A DNA stretch of 64,000 bases from Convolutriloba macropyga (GCF_964194025.1 NC_134469.1:81096001-81160000), one strand, 5' to 3'. Positions 10,447-25,159 are shown, counted from the stretch's first letter. A program made the numbers and translations. The notes: generated by a model from the sequence alone, not told the origin.

Positions 10447-13400
10447 ATTGATTTTCACGCGCAAATTTCGTGTAAATTTTCACGCACAAATTTCTCCCAA
10501 AAAAAATATAGCCGTGATTCTCTTAAATAGTAAATTTATGAACATGTTATGGTTTTGGAAGGTTGCCACCACATTTCTAATTTATTTCTGAATGTGTATT
10601 AATTATATTAACCAAGTAACCATCTGACGCAGCTGTCTATATAGCTTAATATCCAGCAATACGAACATCTACAAATCACGATTAAGTGTGCCACATCTTC
10701 AGCACCCATCTCCTAGCTATCCCTATCTACCCGCTTGCTCCCTTTTTTCCTAACCACCAGCTTTCGCTATCTGTGAAAAATTGACCAAAATTGATAATTC
10801 TTCAGCGGAAAAATTGTCTGGGGCCGAAATTATGACTCGGCCCCCAGAGATGAAAATTTGTCAACAAAAGAAACAGCACAAATTCATAAAATAAAGGACA
10901 AAACGATGAAATAAATACATGACATTTTGAAGCTGCAAATTCAATATTGTACCATTTTTGTAATACACGATACCTTTGGCTTTTTGTTGCTGTTTTATTG
11001 TCAGCCTGCGTTTTAGATGGTTTTTATTTGTCACCAAGAATTACAAGGGGTCACTATGGGATATGGGTTAATTTTGGCCCAATAGGGTTCTTTATCACTG
11101 TTCTATGCCTTGCAAATCCTCGTCCATTTCGTTTGCTTTTTGGGTCGCCTTGACTCTGTTCTGCTCCATTTCCACATCGCCTCCATTTTCACAGATGGGC
11201 TTTCTGAGATTTTGTGGGCATATCCGTAAAATCTTGTTTTAAAGCGATGTGTGCCTGCCATATCTGCATTTACCTTGGTAAAGTTCCAATGGCGTGCCGT
11301 TTTGGGGTGTGAATTGAGGTGATTTTAAAAGCTTATTGCTGATATATTGTAAAATAAGCCGTGTCATTGGGAACATTAGTGCTAATTGTTTAGGAAAATG
11401 TTTGTAATAGGAAGTCAAAGTTGGGCATTTGATATTTAATTTTCTACATTGGGTAGTTTAACTTTGAGTCAAGTGCTAGTTTTATTGATCGATCTTTTTT
11501 AGCTGTGACTGCAATTGGAGATATACAAAAATTTGGTCCGCACAAATTGAACGTTTTTCTATATGTCCTTCCTTCGCCAAGTTTTCAAGTTCTTTTCTGA
11601 CTTTTGTTTGAAGGTGTATCGGAACATTTTGTCCTATGTGGCGTTACGCTCTGTAGTTTTAATGGAATTTTAATTGCACAATATGTTTCTTTTATTTTTG
11701 ATGCAAGTTGTTATTCCCGCAAACTCTTCATGTATTCCTCTTTTAATGGGGCATTGGTCTTCGACAAAATTTTTGTTTTTTAGTGGTTGTTGTGTAATAT
11801 CAAAAAGATCTCTTCAATAATTGGACGGTCACTATCTGCAACTACAAGGACTTTTGCTTTTTCGATAGTCCTATTCTTAGCTCTTACCGGAAATTCTGAA
11901 TGTCCCAGCGTTTTGACTATTTCGTTTGAATAAGTTCTTAACTCGCTCGTCTTTTTTGGACCATTTTGATTCTACGTTATTTTACGTGATTAGTTTTGCC
12001 AAGAGGAGATTTAAATTTGAACAGGCTCTGACCGAGTCTAAAAACAAAAAACAATAATCTTTTCCTATGGTCAAAATTAAGTCTAGAGGTGCATTTTGTT
12101 TGCGAGTTGATTAGAAATTACGGTAAGATTATTGTCTTCGAACGGGTTGAAATTCGATGAGAACTTTTCATTGTAAATTTCGATGTTATTTACAGGGTTT
12201 TCGATCTCATTTTCAGTTTCAAATTTACTTACCAGTCTAGTATTGGTGTTGTTCCGAAGATCGTTAAAGCGTTTTATAGACATACGTCTGCAAAAAGATT
12301 TTCCATCCTTCAATGATCAAGTTTAAACACTTTGCGCACTTCGGCACTTGTTATTACCTCTGAGATTTTTGAAGTTATTGCCTTCGCAATTGTTTATTAT
12401 TCTTCCAAGTTTTTTAGGTTTAAAGTCACGCCGCGAAATCGCTGTAGTTGTTGAACTGTTTTTCTTGCAAAATGTTTGATGCAAACCGTTGATAGTTTAT
12501 GTGAACCGTCTTCTTGTTGATTGCGATGCTCAGAGTTCTCTATGGTTGTTTTCGATCTATTTCAATATCGGACATGTTAGTGATGAAACAATCCCTGATT
12601 ACCTCGTATATTCAATGGGCCTCTAATACCTTGTTTTTGAATTATTCTTATGTTTTATCATTTTTTCTGTTTTCTTGAAAAGAAGATGTATCTGTGGATA
12701 GTGATGTTTCGAGGGTGGATGAAGGCATGCTCCAGCAATTGCCATAGTTTTCTTGTTGTTTGGTTGTTGTTTTCCTCGTGGGAAAAATTTTTCGTTAATT
12801 TTTATCTCCCTTCTGTTCCTATAGTTAAGTACAGATGTGAAGCACATTCTTGATCGCACATCGTTGACGGCTTTTCGCCACACAAAATTCAATTATCTAT
12901 CATTTTTTGACATTTCTTGTGTTGATTTTGCAGTAAGCATTCAGTGTAATTCCTTGCTTTGATTACAGTGTTTTGCTCCCATTTGATTGCATATATTTTA
13001 GATAAAAGCCGAGTAATTTTTATGACCCCCGGTTACAAATTATATGTTATATAGCCCGTTACAATGTAAGAAGATAGCACGTTGGGGTCTTAAAAGATTT
13101 ATGTTCACTAAGCTGGGGGAGGCGAAACCGAATAGATCCGAATTTTTCATCATAATTCGAAATTTGGGCGTTTCCCATTATAGCTCTCCCATGAAATTTT
13201 ATCCCCCATTATAAAATAATTACCAAGTTTGGGGGCTACAAATTTTATTACCACTAAGCTGGGGGGCTTTAATAGGCAAATCCCCAAAGATCACGGAAAG
13301 TATAACAAACTGGCAAATTTTCGAGCCCGGTAGAAGAGTTATTGTAAAGTCAAACTGTAGCAGTCTATCAATCCAACGTGTTTATCTGCTATTTTAAAAA

Positions 13401-16400
13401 TCAAGTTGATCTTTGTTCAAGAATAATTGATAATGATGCTCCATGATCAGTGATGACGTGAATTGATCTACCTTAAAGTATTTGAAATCTTCGATTGCCC
13501 AACAACACCTAATGATTCCGGATCAAAAAGGCTATTGCGTTCCTCTTTCATACTGAGAAATGGCATTGCAAACACTGTGTTTTGACAACCTCCATCTACT
13601 TGCTGCTCTAATGCTGCTCCTGGACTTTGGCGTGATGCATTGCATTTGAAACGAGTTATTATATCGACTTTGAAATGTCCGTTTTAAGTGGCCTTTGAAA
13701 TTCTATTTTTAATTTCTTTAAAGTGTTCTTTCTGATTATCATTCTATTCAAACGACATTTTCAGAAAGGTTCTAATGTGTGGCATATTTGTGATAGATTT
13801 AGAAAAAAAAATTTCCCAGTTATTGGACTGATCATAGGAAAGAGCGTAATTTTTTCAGATTTCGAGATGACTTTATTGCTTGAACTGCTTCTATTTTGCT
13901 GTACAGTGATGTCATGCCCGTTGAAGTAAGGTTTCGGCTCAAAATTTTAGTTTTGAGTTTAGCAAAATGACATTTTCGAAAGTAAATTTCCAGATTTTCT
14001 TCATTAAGATTTCGGAGGCACTTTCTGACTAGGTTCATATGATCGTCATATGTTCTTTTGCTGAATGTTAAAATGTCGCCCTGGGAACAGAATGTATTTT
14101 TTAGTGTGTAATTAATGGCTTTCTGAGAATTTGTGGGCATATCCGTAAAATCCTGTTTTAAAGCGATGTGTGCCTGTCATATCTGCATTTACATTGGTAA
14201 AGTTCCAATGGCGTGCCGTATTGGGGTGTGAATTGAGTTGATTTTAAGCTTATTGCTGATATATATTGTTGTAAAATAAGCACTGTCATTTGGTGCATTA
14301 GAGCTAAATATTTGGGAAAATTTTTGTAATAGGAAGTCAAAGTTGGGCAATTGATATTTAAATTTCTACAATTGGTAGTTTTTAACTTTTGAGTCATGCG
14401 CTAGTTTTGTTGATCGATCTTTTTTAACTGTGACTTTAATTGGAGATATAAAAAAATTTGGTCCGAACAAATTGAACGTTTTTCTATATGTCCTTCCTTC
14501 AACAAGTTTTCAAGTTCTTTTCTGACTTTTGTTTGAAGATGTGTCGGAACATTGATTTTCACGCACAAATTTCGTGTAAATTTTCACGCACAAATTTTTC
14601 CCAAAAAATATAGCCGTGATTCTCTTAAATAGTAAATTTATGAACATGTTATGGTTTTGGAAGGTTGCCACCACATTTCTAATTTATTTCTGAATATGTA
14701 TTAATAATATTAACCAAGTAACCATCTGACGCAGCTGTCTATATAGCTTAATATCCAGCAATACGAACATCTACAAATCACGATTAAGTGTGCCACATCT
14801 TCAGCACCCATCTCTTAGCTATCCCTATCTACCCGCTTGCTCCCTTTTTTCCTAGCCACCAGCTTTCGCTATCTGTGAAAAATTGACCAAAATTGATAAT
14901 TCTTCAGCGGAAAAATTGTCTGGGGCCGAAATTATGACTCGGCCCCCAGAGATGAAAATTTGTCAACAAAAGAAACAGCACAAATTCATAAAATAAAGGA
15001 CAAAACGATGAAATAAATACATGACATTTTGAAGCTGCCAATTCAATAGTGTACCATTTTTGTAATACACGATACCTTTGGCTTTTTGTTGCTGTTTTAT
15101 TGTCAGCCTGCGTTTTAGATGGTTTTTATTTGTCACCAAGAATTACAAGGGGTCACTATGGGATATGGGTCAATTTTGGCCCAATAGGGTTCTTTATCAC
15201 TGATCTATGCCTTGCAAATCCTCGTCCATTTCGTTTGCTTCTTGGGTCGCCTTGACTCTGTTCTGCTCCATTTCCACATCGCCTCCATTTTCACAGATGG
15301 GCTTTCTGAGATTTTGTGGGCATATCCGTAAAATCTTGTTTTAAAGCGATGTGTGACTGCCATGTCTGCATTTACATTGGTAAAGTTCCAATGGCGTGCC
15401 GTTTTGGGGTGTGAATTAAGGTGATTTTAAAAGCTTATTGCTGATATATTGTAAAATAAGCCGTGTCATTGGGAACATTAGTGCTAAATGTTTGGAAAAA
15501 TGTTTGTAATAGGAAGTCAAAGTTGGGCATTTGATATTTAATTTTCTACATTGGGTAGTTTAACTTTGAGTCAAGTGCTAGTTTTATTGATCGATCTTTT
15601 TTAGCTGTGACTGCAATTGGAGATATACAAAAATTTGGTCCGCACAAATTGACTGTTTTTCTATATGTCCTTCCTTCGCCAAGTTTTCAAGTTCTTTTCT
15701 GACTTTTGTTTGAAGATGTATTGGAACATTTTGTCCTATGTGGCGTTACGCTCTGTAGTTTTAATGGAATTTTAATTGCACAATATGTTTCTTTTATTTT
15801 TGATGCAAGTTGTTATTCCCGCAAACTCTTCATGTATTCCTCTTTTAATGGGGCATTGGTCTTCGACAAAATTTTTGTTTTTTAGTGGTTGTTGTGTAAT
15901 ACAAATTCCGGATATATCAAAAAGATCTCTTCAATAATTGGACGGTCACTATCTGCAACTACAAGGACTTTTGCTTTTTCGATAGTCCTATTCTTAGCTC
16001 TTACCGGAATTTCTGAATGACCCAGCGTTTTGACTATTTCGTTTGAATAAGTTCTTAACTCGCTCGTCTTTTTTGGACCATTTTGATTCTACGTTATTTT
16101 ACGTGATTAGTTTTGCCAAGAGGAGATTTAAATTTGAACAGGCTCTGACCGAGTCTAATAGCAAAGAACAATAATCTTTTCCTATGGTCAAAATTAAGTC
16201 TAGAGGTGCATTTTGTTTGCGAGTTGATTAGAAATTACGGTAAGATTATTGTCTTCGAACGGGTTGAAATTCGATGAGAACTTTTCATTGTAAATTTCGA
16301 TGTTATTTACAGGGTTTTCGATTTCATTTTCAGTTTCAAATTTACTTACCAGTCTAGTATTGGTGTTGTTCCGAAGATCGTTAAAGCGTTTTATAGATAT

Positions 16401-17469
16401 ACGTCTGCAAAAAGATTTTCCATCCTTCAATGATCATGTTTAAACACTTTGCGCACTTCGGCACTTGTTATTACCTCTGAGATTTTTGAAGTTATTGCCT
16501 TCGCAATTGTTTATTATTCTTCCAAGTTTTTTAGGTTTAAAGTCACGCCGCGAAATCGCTGTAGTTGTTGAACTGTTTTTCTTGCAAAATGTTTGATGCA
16601 AACCGTTGATAGTTTATGTGAACCGTCTTCTTGTTGATTGCGATGATCAGAGTTCTCTATGGTTGTTTTCGATCTATTTCAATATCGGACATGTTAGTGA
16701 TGAAACAATCCCTGATTACCTCGTATATTCAATGGGCCTCTAATACCTTGTTTTTGAATTATTCTTATGTTTTATCATTTTTTCTGTTTTCTTGAAAACA
16801 AGATGTATCTGTGGATAGTGATGTTTCGAGGGCGGATGAAGGCATGCTCCAGCAATTGCCATAGTTTTCTTGTTGTTTGGTTGTTGCTTTCCTCGTGGGA
16901 AAAATTTTTCGTTAATTTTCATCTCCCTTCTGTTCCTATAGTTAAGTACAGGTGTGAAGCACATTCTTGATCGCACATCGTTGACGGCTTTTCGCCGCAC
17001 ATTATTCAATTATCTATCATTTTTTGACATTTCTTGTGTTGATTTTGCAGTAAGCATTCAGTGTAATTCCTTGCGTTGATTACAGTGTTTTGCTCCCATT
17101 TGATTGCATATATTTTAGATAAAAGCCGAGTAATTTTTATGACCCCCGGTTACAAATTATATGTTATATAGCCCGTTACGATGTAAGAAGATTGCACGTT
17201 GGGGTCTTAAAAGATTTATGTTCACTAAGCTGGGGGAGGCGAAACCGAATAGATCCGAATTTTTCATCATTATTCGAAATTTCGAAGTTCGAAGTTTCCC
17301 ATTATAGCTCTCCCATGAAATTTTAGCCCCCATTATAAAATAATTACCAAGTTTGGGGGCTACAAATTTTATTACCACTAAGCTGGGGGGCTTTAATAGG
17401 CAAATCCCCAAAGATCACGGAAAGTATAACCAACTGGCAAATTTTCGAGCCCGGTAGAAGAGTTATTGT

Positions 17470-20256
17470 AAAGTCAAACTGTAGCAGTCTATCAATCCAA
17501 CGTGTTTATCTGCTATTTTAAAAATCAAGTTGATCTTTGTTCAAGAATAATTGATAATGATGCTCCATGATCAGTGATGACGTGAATTGATCTACCTTAA
17601 AGTATTTGAAATCTTCGATTGCCCAACAACACCTAATGATTCCGGATCAAAAAGGCTATTGCGTTCCTCTTTCATACTGAGAAATGGCATTGCAAACACT
17701 GTGTTTTACCAACCTCCATCTACTTGCTGCTCTAATGATGCTCCTGGACTTTGGCGTGATTCATTGCATTTGAAACGAGTTATTATATCGACTTTGAAAT
17801 GTCCGTTTTAAGTGGCCTTTGAAATTCTATTTTTAATTTCTTTAAAGTGTTCTTTCTGATTATCATTCTATTCAAACGACATTTTAAGAAAGGTTCTAAT
17901 GTGTGGCATATTTGTGATAGATTTAGAAAAAAAATTTCCCAGTTATTGGACTGATCATAGGAAAGAGCGTAATTTTTTCAGATTTCGAGATGACTTTATT
18001 GCTTTAACTGCTTCTATTTTGCTGTACAGTGATGTCATGCCCGTTGAAGTAAGGTTTCGGCTCAAAAATTTAGTTTTGAGTTTAGCAAAATGACATTTTC
18101 GAAAGTAAATTTCCAGATTTTCTTCATTAAGATTTTGGAGGCACTCTCTGACTAGGTTCATATGATCGTCATATGTTCTTTTGCTGAATGTTAAAATGTC
18201 GCCCTGGGAACAGAATGTATTTTTTAGTCCTATTAGTGTGTAATTAATGGCTTTCTGAGAATTTGTGGGCATATCCGTAAAATCCTGTTTTAAAGCGATG
18301 TGTGCCTGTCATATCTGCATTTACATTGGTAAAGTTCCAATGGCGTGCCGTATTGGGGTGTGAATTGAGTTGAAATTAAGCTTATTGCTGATATATATTG
18401 TTGTAAAATAAGCACTGTCATTTGGAACATTAGAGCTAAATATTTGGGAAAATTTTTGTAATAGGAAGTCAAAGTTGGGCAATTGATATTTAAATTTCTA
18501 CATTTGGTAGTTTTTAACTTTTGAGTCATGCGCTAGTTTTGTTGATCGATCTTTTTTAGCTGTGACTTTAATTGGAGATATAAAAAAATTTGGTCCGAAC
18601 AAATTGAACGTTTTTCTATATGTCCTTCCTTCAACAAGTTTTCAAGTTCTTTTCTGACTTTTGTTTGAAGAGGTGTCGGAACATTTTGTCCTATGTGGCG
18701 TTACGCTCTGTAGTTTTAATGGAAATTTCATTTCACAATATGTTTCTTTTTTTTCGATGCAAGTTGTTATTCACGCAAACTCTTCATCTATTCCTCTTTT
18801 AATGGGGCATTGGTCTTTGACAAAATTTTCTTTGTTTTTTTAGTGGTTGTTGTGTAATACAAATTCCGGTTATATCAAAAAGATCTCTTCAATAATTGGA
18901 GAGTTTTGCTTTTTTGATATCCCAATCCTTAGCTCTTACCGGAGTTTCTGAACGTCCCAGCGTTTTGACTATTTCGTTTGAATAAGTTCTTAACTCGCTC
19001 GTCTTTTTTGGACCATTTTGATTCTACGTTTTGTACGTGATTAGTTTTGCCAAGAGGAGATTTAAATTTGAACAGGCTCTGACCGCGTTTGATTGCAAAG
19101 AGCAATAATTTTCTCCGATGGTCAAAATTAAGTCCAGAGGTGTATTTTGTTTGCGAGTTGATTAGAAATTACGGTAAGATTATTGTCTTCGAACGGGTCG
19201 AAATTCGATGAGACCTTTTCATTGTAAATTTCGATGTTATTTACAGGGTTTTCGATTTCATTTTCAGTTTCAAACTTTTTTACCAGTCTAGTATTGGTGT
19301 TGTTCCTAAGATCGTTACAGCGTTTTATAGACATACGTCTGCAAAAAAATTTTCCATCCCTCAATGATCATGTTTAAACACTTTGCGCACTTCGGCACTT
19401 GTTATTACCTCTGAGATGTTTGAAGTTACTGCCTTCGCAATTGTTTATTATTCTTCCAAGTTTTTTAGGTTTAAAGTCACAACGCGAAATCGCTGTAGTT
19501 GTTGAACTGTTTTTCTTGCAAAATGTTTGATGCAAACCGTTGATAGTTTATGTGAACCGTCTTCTTGTTGATTGCGATGCTCAGAGTTCTCTCTGGTTGT
19601 TCTCGATCTATTTCAATATCGGACATGTTAGTGATGAAACAATCCCTGATTACCTCGTATATTCAATGGGCCTCTAATACCTTGAGTTTGAATTATTTTA
19701 TGTTTTATCATTTTTTCTGTTTTCTTGAAAACAAGATGTATCTGTGGATAGTGGTGTTTCGAGGGCGGATGAAGGCATGCTCCAGCATTTCCCATAGTTG
19801 TCTTGTTGTACGGTTGTTGGTTTCCTCGTGGCGAAATTTCTTGGTTAATTTTCATCTCCCTTCTGTTCCTATAGTTAAGTACAGATGTGCAGCACTTTCT
19901 TGATCGCACACCGTTGACGGCTTTTCGCCGCACAAAATTCAATTATCTATCATTTTTTGACATTTCTTCTGCAACTGAGATTTCAATTGGTTATTTGGTG
20001 TTTGTCAGTCTTGCTCAGAATGTTCTGTTGATTCTGCTTTCAGCTACTCATATTCTGGTTCCTTTGACAGAAGGACTTGTTTAGGCTTTTCACATCGCAG
20101 TGTGTCAACTGCTATACTTTCTCGTTCGAGAAGGGCAAATTTCAGTTGAATTCTCCACTTTTCCCATCTACTTGCGGGTTCCGAAATAGTACATTCCCAA
20201 AAGTGTCTGATTGAGAGAGCCATTTTTGTGATGACTCTCTGTGCTGACGGTGCCAT
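17470..20256 (-). mobile_element. Ty3/Gypsy remnant: gag-(PR)-RT-RNase H, contiguous copy
   Basis: gag N-terminus FWECTISEPASRWEKWRIQLKFALLERESI (20044-20256) runs colinearly through gag and RT to RNase H. Confidence 0.82.
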
Positions 20257-20259
20257 GCC

Positions 20260-20865
20260 ATCACCAGCAAAGTGTTTGCAAAATATGCTGAATTCTCACA
20301 TCTTCTCGTTTTTTACGATTATGCAATCTTGAAAATCGTCTTTTGACGTTAGGATTGAGTCTTTTGCCGTTAGTTCGTCTTAGAATTTTTTGTGTAGAAA
20401 ATTTTGCATAGGGCAAGACTAAAGGCATCAGCAGATATCTTCTCTGAAGTGTTCGCATTTGGTTGTCTGGTTTATGGGTAGCGTCTGATGGAGGGGTATC
20501 TGGTGTTTGTGTTGTTTAAATTGTCTAATTTTCGCCTTCCTCGCCACATCGGACTCTTGCTGGAGTATTCTGCTTGTTTTTTTCCGGCATTAAAATCAGG
20601 TTATTGAAATTACTAGCATTTCGTTCAAATTATTTAGTTTGAATATCTGAAATTTGCGCTGTAATTTTCTGCTTCGTGGCAATTTGATTGATAATCAGTT
20701 CAATGGGATTAAATGACTGACGGCTTGCTTGTAATTGCCGCGCTTTCCGCTCAATATTGAAGTTATCACGCAGAGAAACTTTGCGGCGCGTTCGTTTAAA
20801 TCGAGTTTTGCAACTAAGAATTGTTTTTGGGAAATCTAAATTTTGGGTAAAATTAGGAGCCAATC
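20260..20865 (-). mobile_element. Probable Gypsy RNaseH-integrase linker fragment
   Basis: Degenerate ELTAKDSILTSKDDFQDCII, similar to the pre-integrase linker of neighbouring copies; weak evidence. Confidence 0.45.
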
Positions 20866-21229
20866 AGTAAGGTTCATGGGAAATGTAATCAAAAAAGCCC
20901 ATGCGTGTGCCAGATAAATGTTCAATTTCAATTATCAGGCAACAGCTTCTCAGCCCAGCGTGTGAACCTAGTGTTGTTTGATTTGTTTGAGCAGTGCTTG
21001 TTCGTTATCGAAAATAAAGCATAGTGGTCCACTATAACTGTAACTTTTTGACCAAACAGATAATATTTGATGTGCTCTAAGCCCCCTACAACCCGAATAG
21101 TTCCAAATAAATTATGCTGTGTGTTTGTTCAACAGTGTTTAAAAAAATGTGATTGCAACGGTTTTTTACCCTGTCATGATCTAATTGTCCTAACGCGGTG
21201 TCCTGTCTTTGTCGTGAGATGTCAAATTT

Positions 21230-23260
21230 TACTCTAGTTTCAAGGTTTTTGATGGAATGTTTGTTTTCAATTTATTCTAGAATTTTAGTTATTTTTTCCT
21301 CAGAATGAGTTTTCTGATTTTCAGTCTATTGCAATTTTTCCAACTTTTTCAGTAATGGTCTGAATTGATGGTATTTATTTGCTAAATTTTGTATGGATTT
21401 GATGAGGCGATGTACTGAGTCAAGCAAGGAAATTAGTTTTCTCAAAGTTTTGGATGGTTTTATGTTTAAGATTGCGAAAGTTTTTAATTCAAATGGTTTT
21501 TTCTACTTTTTAAAAATTTTGATCAAGCCATTCATTTTCATTTCTTGAGAAGTGACATTTTGATCAACATATTCTTAATTAATTGTTGTCTAACTTTTTA
21601 AGCATTTTTTGACAACGTTTATGTGTTTTTCCAAAGTTCTGCGGCTCCTGTTGAGTAGTTCATCGAAAAAAGGACTTTGTTTGTTAATCCCATTAGAGTT
21701 GTATCAATAGCCCTTTGAAATTCGGCCGTCATATCCGTTAGTCTGTAGAATTTTGTTTTGAAGCCTTATGTAACGGACACATTGCAGCTTATAATATTTA
21801 GTTTCGGGATGTGGAATGAGCTGGATATAGGCGTACTTCAAATCTATTAGTGCAATAAATGATGTGTTTTGCTCCGTTTTTATGCCCAAATTTTTGCAAA
21901 ATAATTTGCATCAGACTATCTTTTTTGGTCATTTGGTAATTTTTTTACAAATTGATTTGTTAAGGGCATTCAAATCGAGAGCTAATTTAATGGAGCCGTT
22001 CATTTTTAGTTTATATCCATTGGTGAAATGAAATCAAAAGCTGCATATCAAGTTCCAGTGTCTCAAACAGATCTTGTCCAATTAACGGTTGTTTTCTATT
22101 TTCCGCAATGACAAAATGGTTGTTTGCGATGCTCCAATTTTCACACTTAACTTTTGCCAATTTTCACATTTAACTTGTTTTAAAATCTTGTCCAAGGGTT
22201 TTTACTGATTTATTAGAGGAAACTTTAATTGTTCTTATGTTCTGTTATCCATTTTGCCTCCCTACAAATATCCATGATCTTCAATGCAAGATACAGTTTT
22301 CTTTATGATGCACTCTTATCTACAGTTTTGACACTGGTTTCATTGTTTTGGCTGGTTATTATTTCTTTGCATTGGTTTTTACCATATTTTCGCAAAATGT
22401 TTCCTTATATCCAATTGTTGCACTTTTTTCCCAAAGCAAAATAGTTTTGTTTATGAAACGGTTGCCACGTTTTTGCACAGTTTCGACACTCTTTTGATTC
22501 TTTTCGCTTAGTGAAACTTACGTTGGTCTGTTGTTGACTATTTGAGTGGCGAAAACTAACAGTATTTTGAACACTGTTTTTATTGAATTGAAAAGTGCTG
22601 TTTATCCTTTTTTGGTTCTGTGCTCTCACTTCCATAATTCTTACCATTTGCAGTATTTCTCCTGCTTCAATTGTTTTGTGGAGAAAATGGTGTTGTATTT
22701 TTTTGTCTGACATGTCTTTTATGATTGTTTCTCTAGTCTATAAAACAGGAATTCTTCGCTATTTTTTACAGAGTGTCGTAGAAGTGCTGTACATTTTACA
22801 TTTTTACCAAAAACAAGAGAAGCATATTGAAGGTGATGTTGCGGGTTCTCATGAATGCTGCTTACATCAATGTCCGCAATTCTTTTGTGGTCAATTCGTT
22901 TACCATCGCATGCGGTTCCTTGCGGTTTAAAAGGCGTTCACAGAAAGGAGAAGCACTTATGATCTTAATGATCCCATAGAAGATCACAACATAGTATTCC
23001 TGCAGCCTCCGCCTTCTGGTATTTTAACTCCAACCATTTTGTTTCCCAATCGGTTACTTCGGTTGGGTCATCAATCGGCTAATCGCAATGGGGCTCGGGC
23101 GGCAGGATTACTGCATCTGGCTTTGGATTGAGGAGAACGTCTTGAGTGATGCCCTCTTTGACTAATATTGGAAGTTCTAGTTGTGTGCACCATTTTTTCA
23201 TCGTATTGGTGTTGATTGCCATATGAGTACTCCTCCGGGATCCTGCTCACCGGGCCATGT
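21230..23260 (-). mobile_element. Ty3/Gypsy remnant: gag (CCHC-like), protease region, RT
   Basis: gag LVKEGITQDVLLNPKPDAVILPPEP; Zn-knuckle-like CRNCAKTWQPFHKQNYFALGKKCNN; RT IDLKYAYIQLIPHPET. Confidence 0.8.
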
Positions 23261-23464
23261 CGTAAACGTTTCATGTGTACGAGAAAATTATTCTGATTTA
23301 AGGCCCGAATCAATTAGGTTAATTGTTTGTGCTGAATTTCTGAGAAATTTATTAGATTTGGTAAGACTAGATGAATTAACGCTGTGCTGATTCCCAGAGC
23401 GAATCAGGCTCAAATTTAATCTAAACAAATCGTCAATCGTGGTGCAATTAAGCTAGATTACCAA

Positions 23465-24400
23465 TTTTTTGAATTTGCTGTGTACAATAACGACCTTACA
23501 ATTCTAATGGAAAACAGCACATATATTTTTGCCGATGACACAAAACCTATTGGTCAAATGATTTTATTTTCTCTGAAAAATTATGTAAACAAAACCACCA
23601 AATGGTCAAAAGAAAACAATTTGGAATTCAACATTGCAAAATTAGAAGCTATATGTCTTGATGTGAAAGAGTTAGATCAGTGTTGTTTCCAGTTGTTTGC
23701 AGATGATACATATTTTACATGCAAATCTTTGGCAAATGATCTTGGTATAATTATTACTAATAAGTTGAATCGAAACAGTCGCTACAGTCAACGGCTATCG
23801 AAGGCACAAAAACGTAATTCTCTTGAAGAAAAACGATCGCTTCTCTACAAATACGAGAGTAAAACTAAGTTTATGCAAAAATTAAATTTTATCAATTCCT
23901 ATTTACGCGCCAATTTTTTGGTTCTCAAATTAGTCAAATTGCAGAAAATTAGAAAAGTCAAGCGCTCAAGTGGGCTTTGGAAACGAAATTTATTAACGAT
24001 AGTGACTACATTCAGAGCCTCATTTACCGCAATTTATTGCCCATTAGTTTTTTTTGGATTGAAATGATGTTTCAATGCTGAATAGAATTTACAACTGTGA
24101 CATTGCACTAAAGTTTGATGATTGCTGGAAAGCATTCAAGGGACATGCAGTAATTGGTCTGTAGCAAAACAATTTCTGTGGACAAACTTCAATAGGTTGC
24201 AATCAGTCAAATTGGAAGAATATTTTGTTTTGAGAATTTTAAAATATGCAAATGTTCTCAACCAGCAAAATGACATCTCAAATTTTGAATGGACGCGTCC
24301 AACAGTGATAATTTGGAAAGAGTTCAACACACTTTCGAAATTAAAAGCTGTGAACTTTAAACACTATCAGTATCCTGTGGGTTGGTCCTATTTTAGTTGT
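23465..24400 (+). mobile_element. 5'-truncated non-LTR retrotransposon (CR1/L2/Jockey-like) RT remnant
   Basis: YNNDL...YIFADDTK...KWSKENNLEFNIAK...DLGIII motifs typical of the LINE RT C-terminal half; frameshifted. Confidence 0.8.
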
Positions 24401-24944
24401 TACTTAACAAAGTGATTCCCGTATCGCGGGTACCAAGTTAAATTATTAATAATGAAAATAATAGTATTAACATTATTAAAAATTTTAGAAAACATGACTT
24501 GGAATAAGTATTTTAAACTGGTTACTTTAGAAGTTCTCGCTTTTCTGATTAACATAGCAACAGACATATAGTCACACATCACTTATGAATGAAATTGGAA
24601 TAACTAATTTGTTACATCAAGGTATGAAGCGACTTTACTTTAGAGGAATAGCGAGTAATGAACAAGTTTGAATTAGAGAACACACTTAAAGGGCAAAACG
24701 AACTATAACTAAAAAACGAAATTAGCAACGGAAGGATGAAACGGAATGGTAACATTGAAATCTGTACAATCTGAACCAAAACTGGCAAAAATGAGATCAC
24801 GAAGAGATTAAAAAACATAAAATAACAGCAATTCTACTTAGAGCATGAGGAGACGATATGCTGTCTAAAGAACTGCACAACTAGAAACGATGTAAACAAC
24901 TCAAGATCAAAATGTAAACTGCTCTGAATTAAAAAAAATCTACA

Positions 24945-25159
24945 NNNNNNNNNNNNNNNNNNNNNNNNNNNNNNNNNNNNNNNNNNNNNNNNNNNNNNNN
25001 NNNNNNNNNNNNNNNNNNNNNNNNNNNNNNNNNNNNNNNNNNNNNNNNNNNNNNNNNNNNNNNNNNNNNNNNNNNNNNNNNNNNNNNNNNNNNNNNNNNN
25101 NNNNNNNNNNNNNNNNNNNNNNNNNNNNNNNNNNNNNNNNNNNNNNNNNNNNNNNNNNN
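24945..25159. other. Assembly gap (N run)
   Basis: Run of N. Confidence 1.

Larger units (their letters stand above)
6423..18685. repeat. Tandem triplication of a ~4.1-kb segment (6423-10446, 10447-14550, 14551-18682)
   Basis: Near-identical ORF sets recur three times in the ORF track. Identical junction GGAAC-ATT-GATTTTCACGC at 10447 and 14551. Copies differ by SNPs and small indels. Confidence 0.95.
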
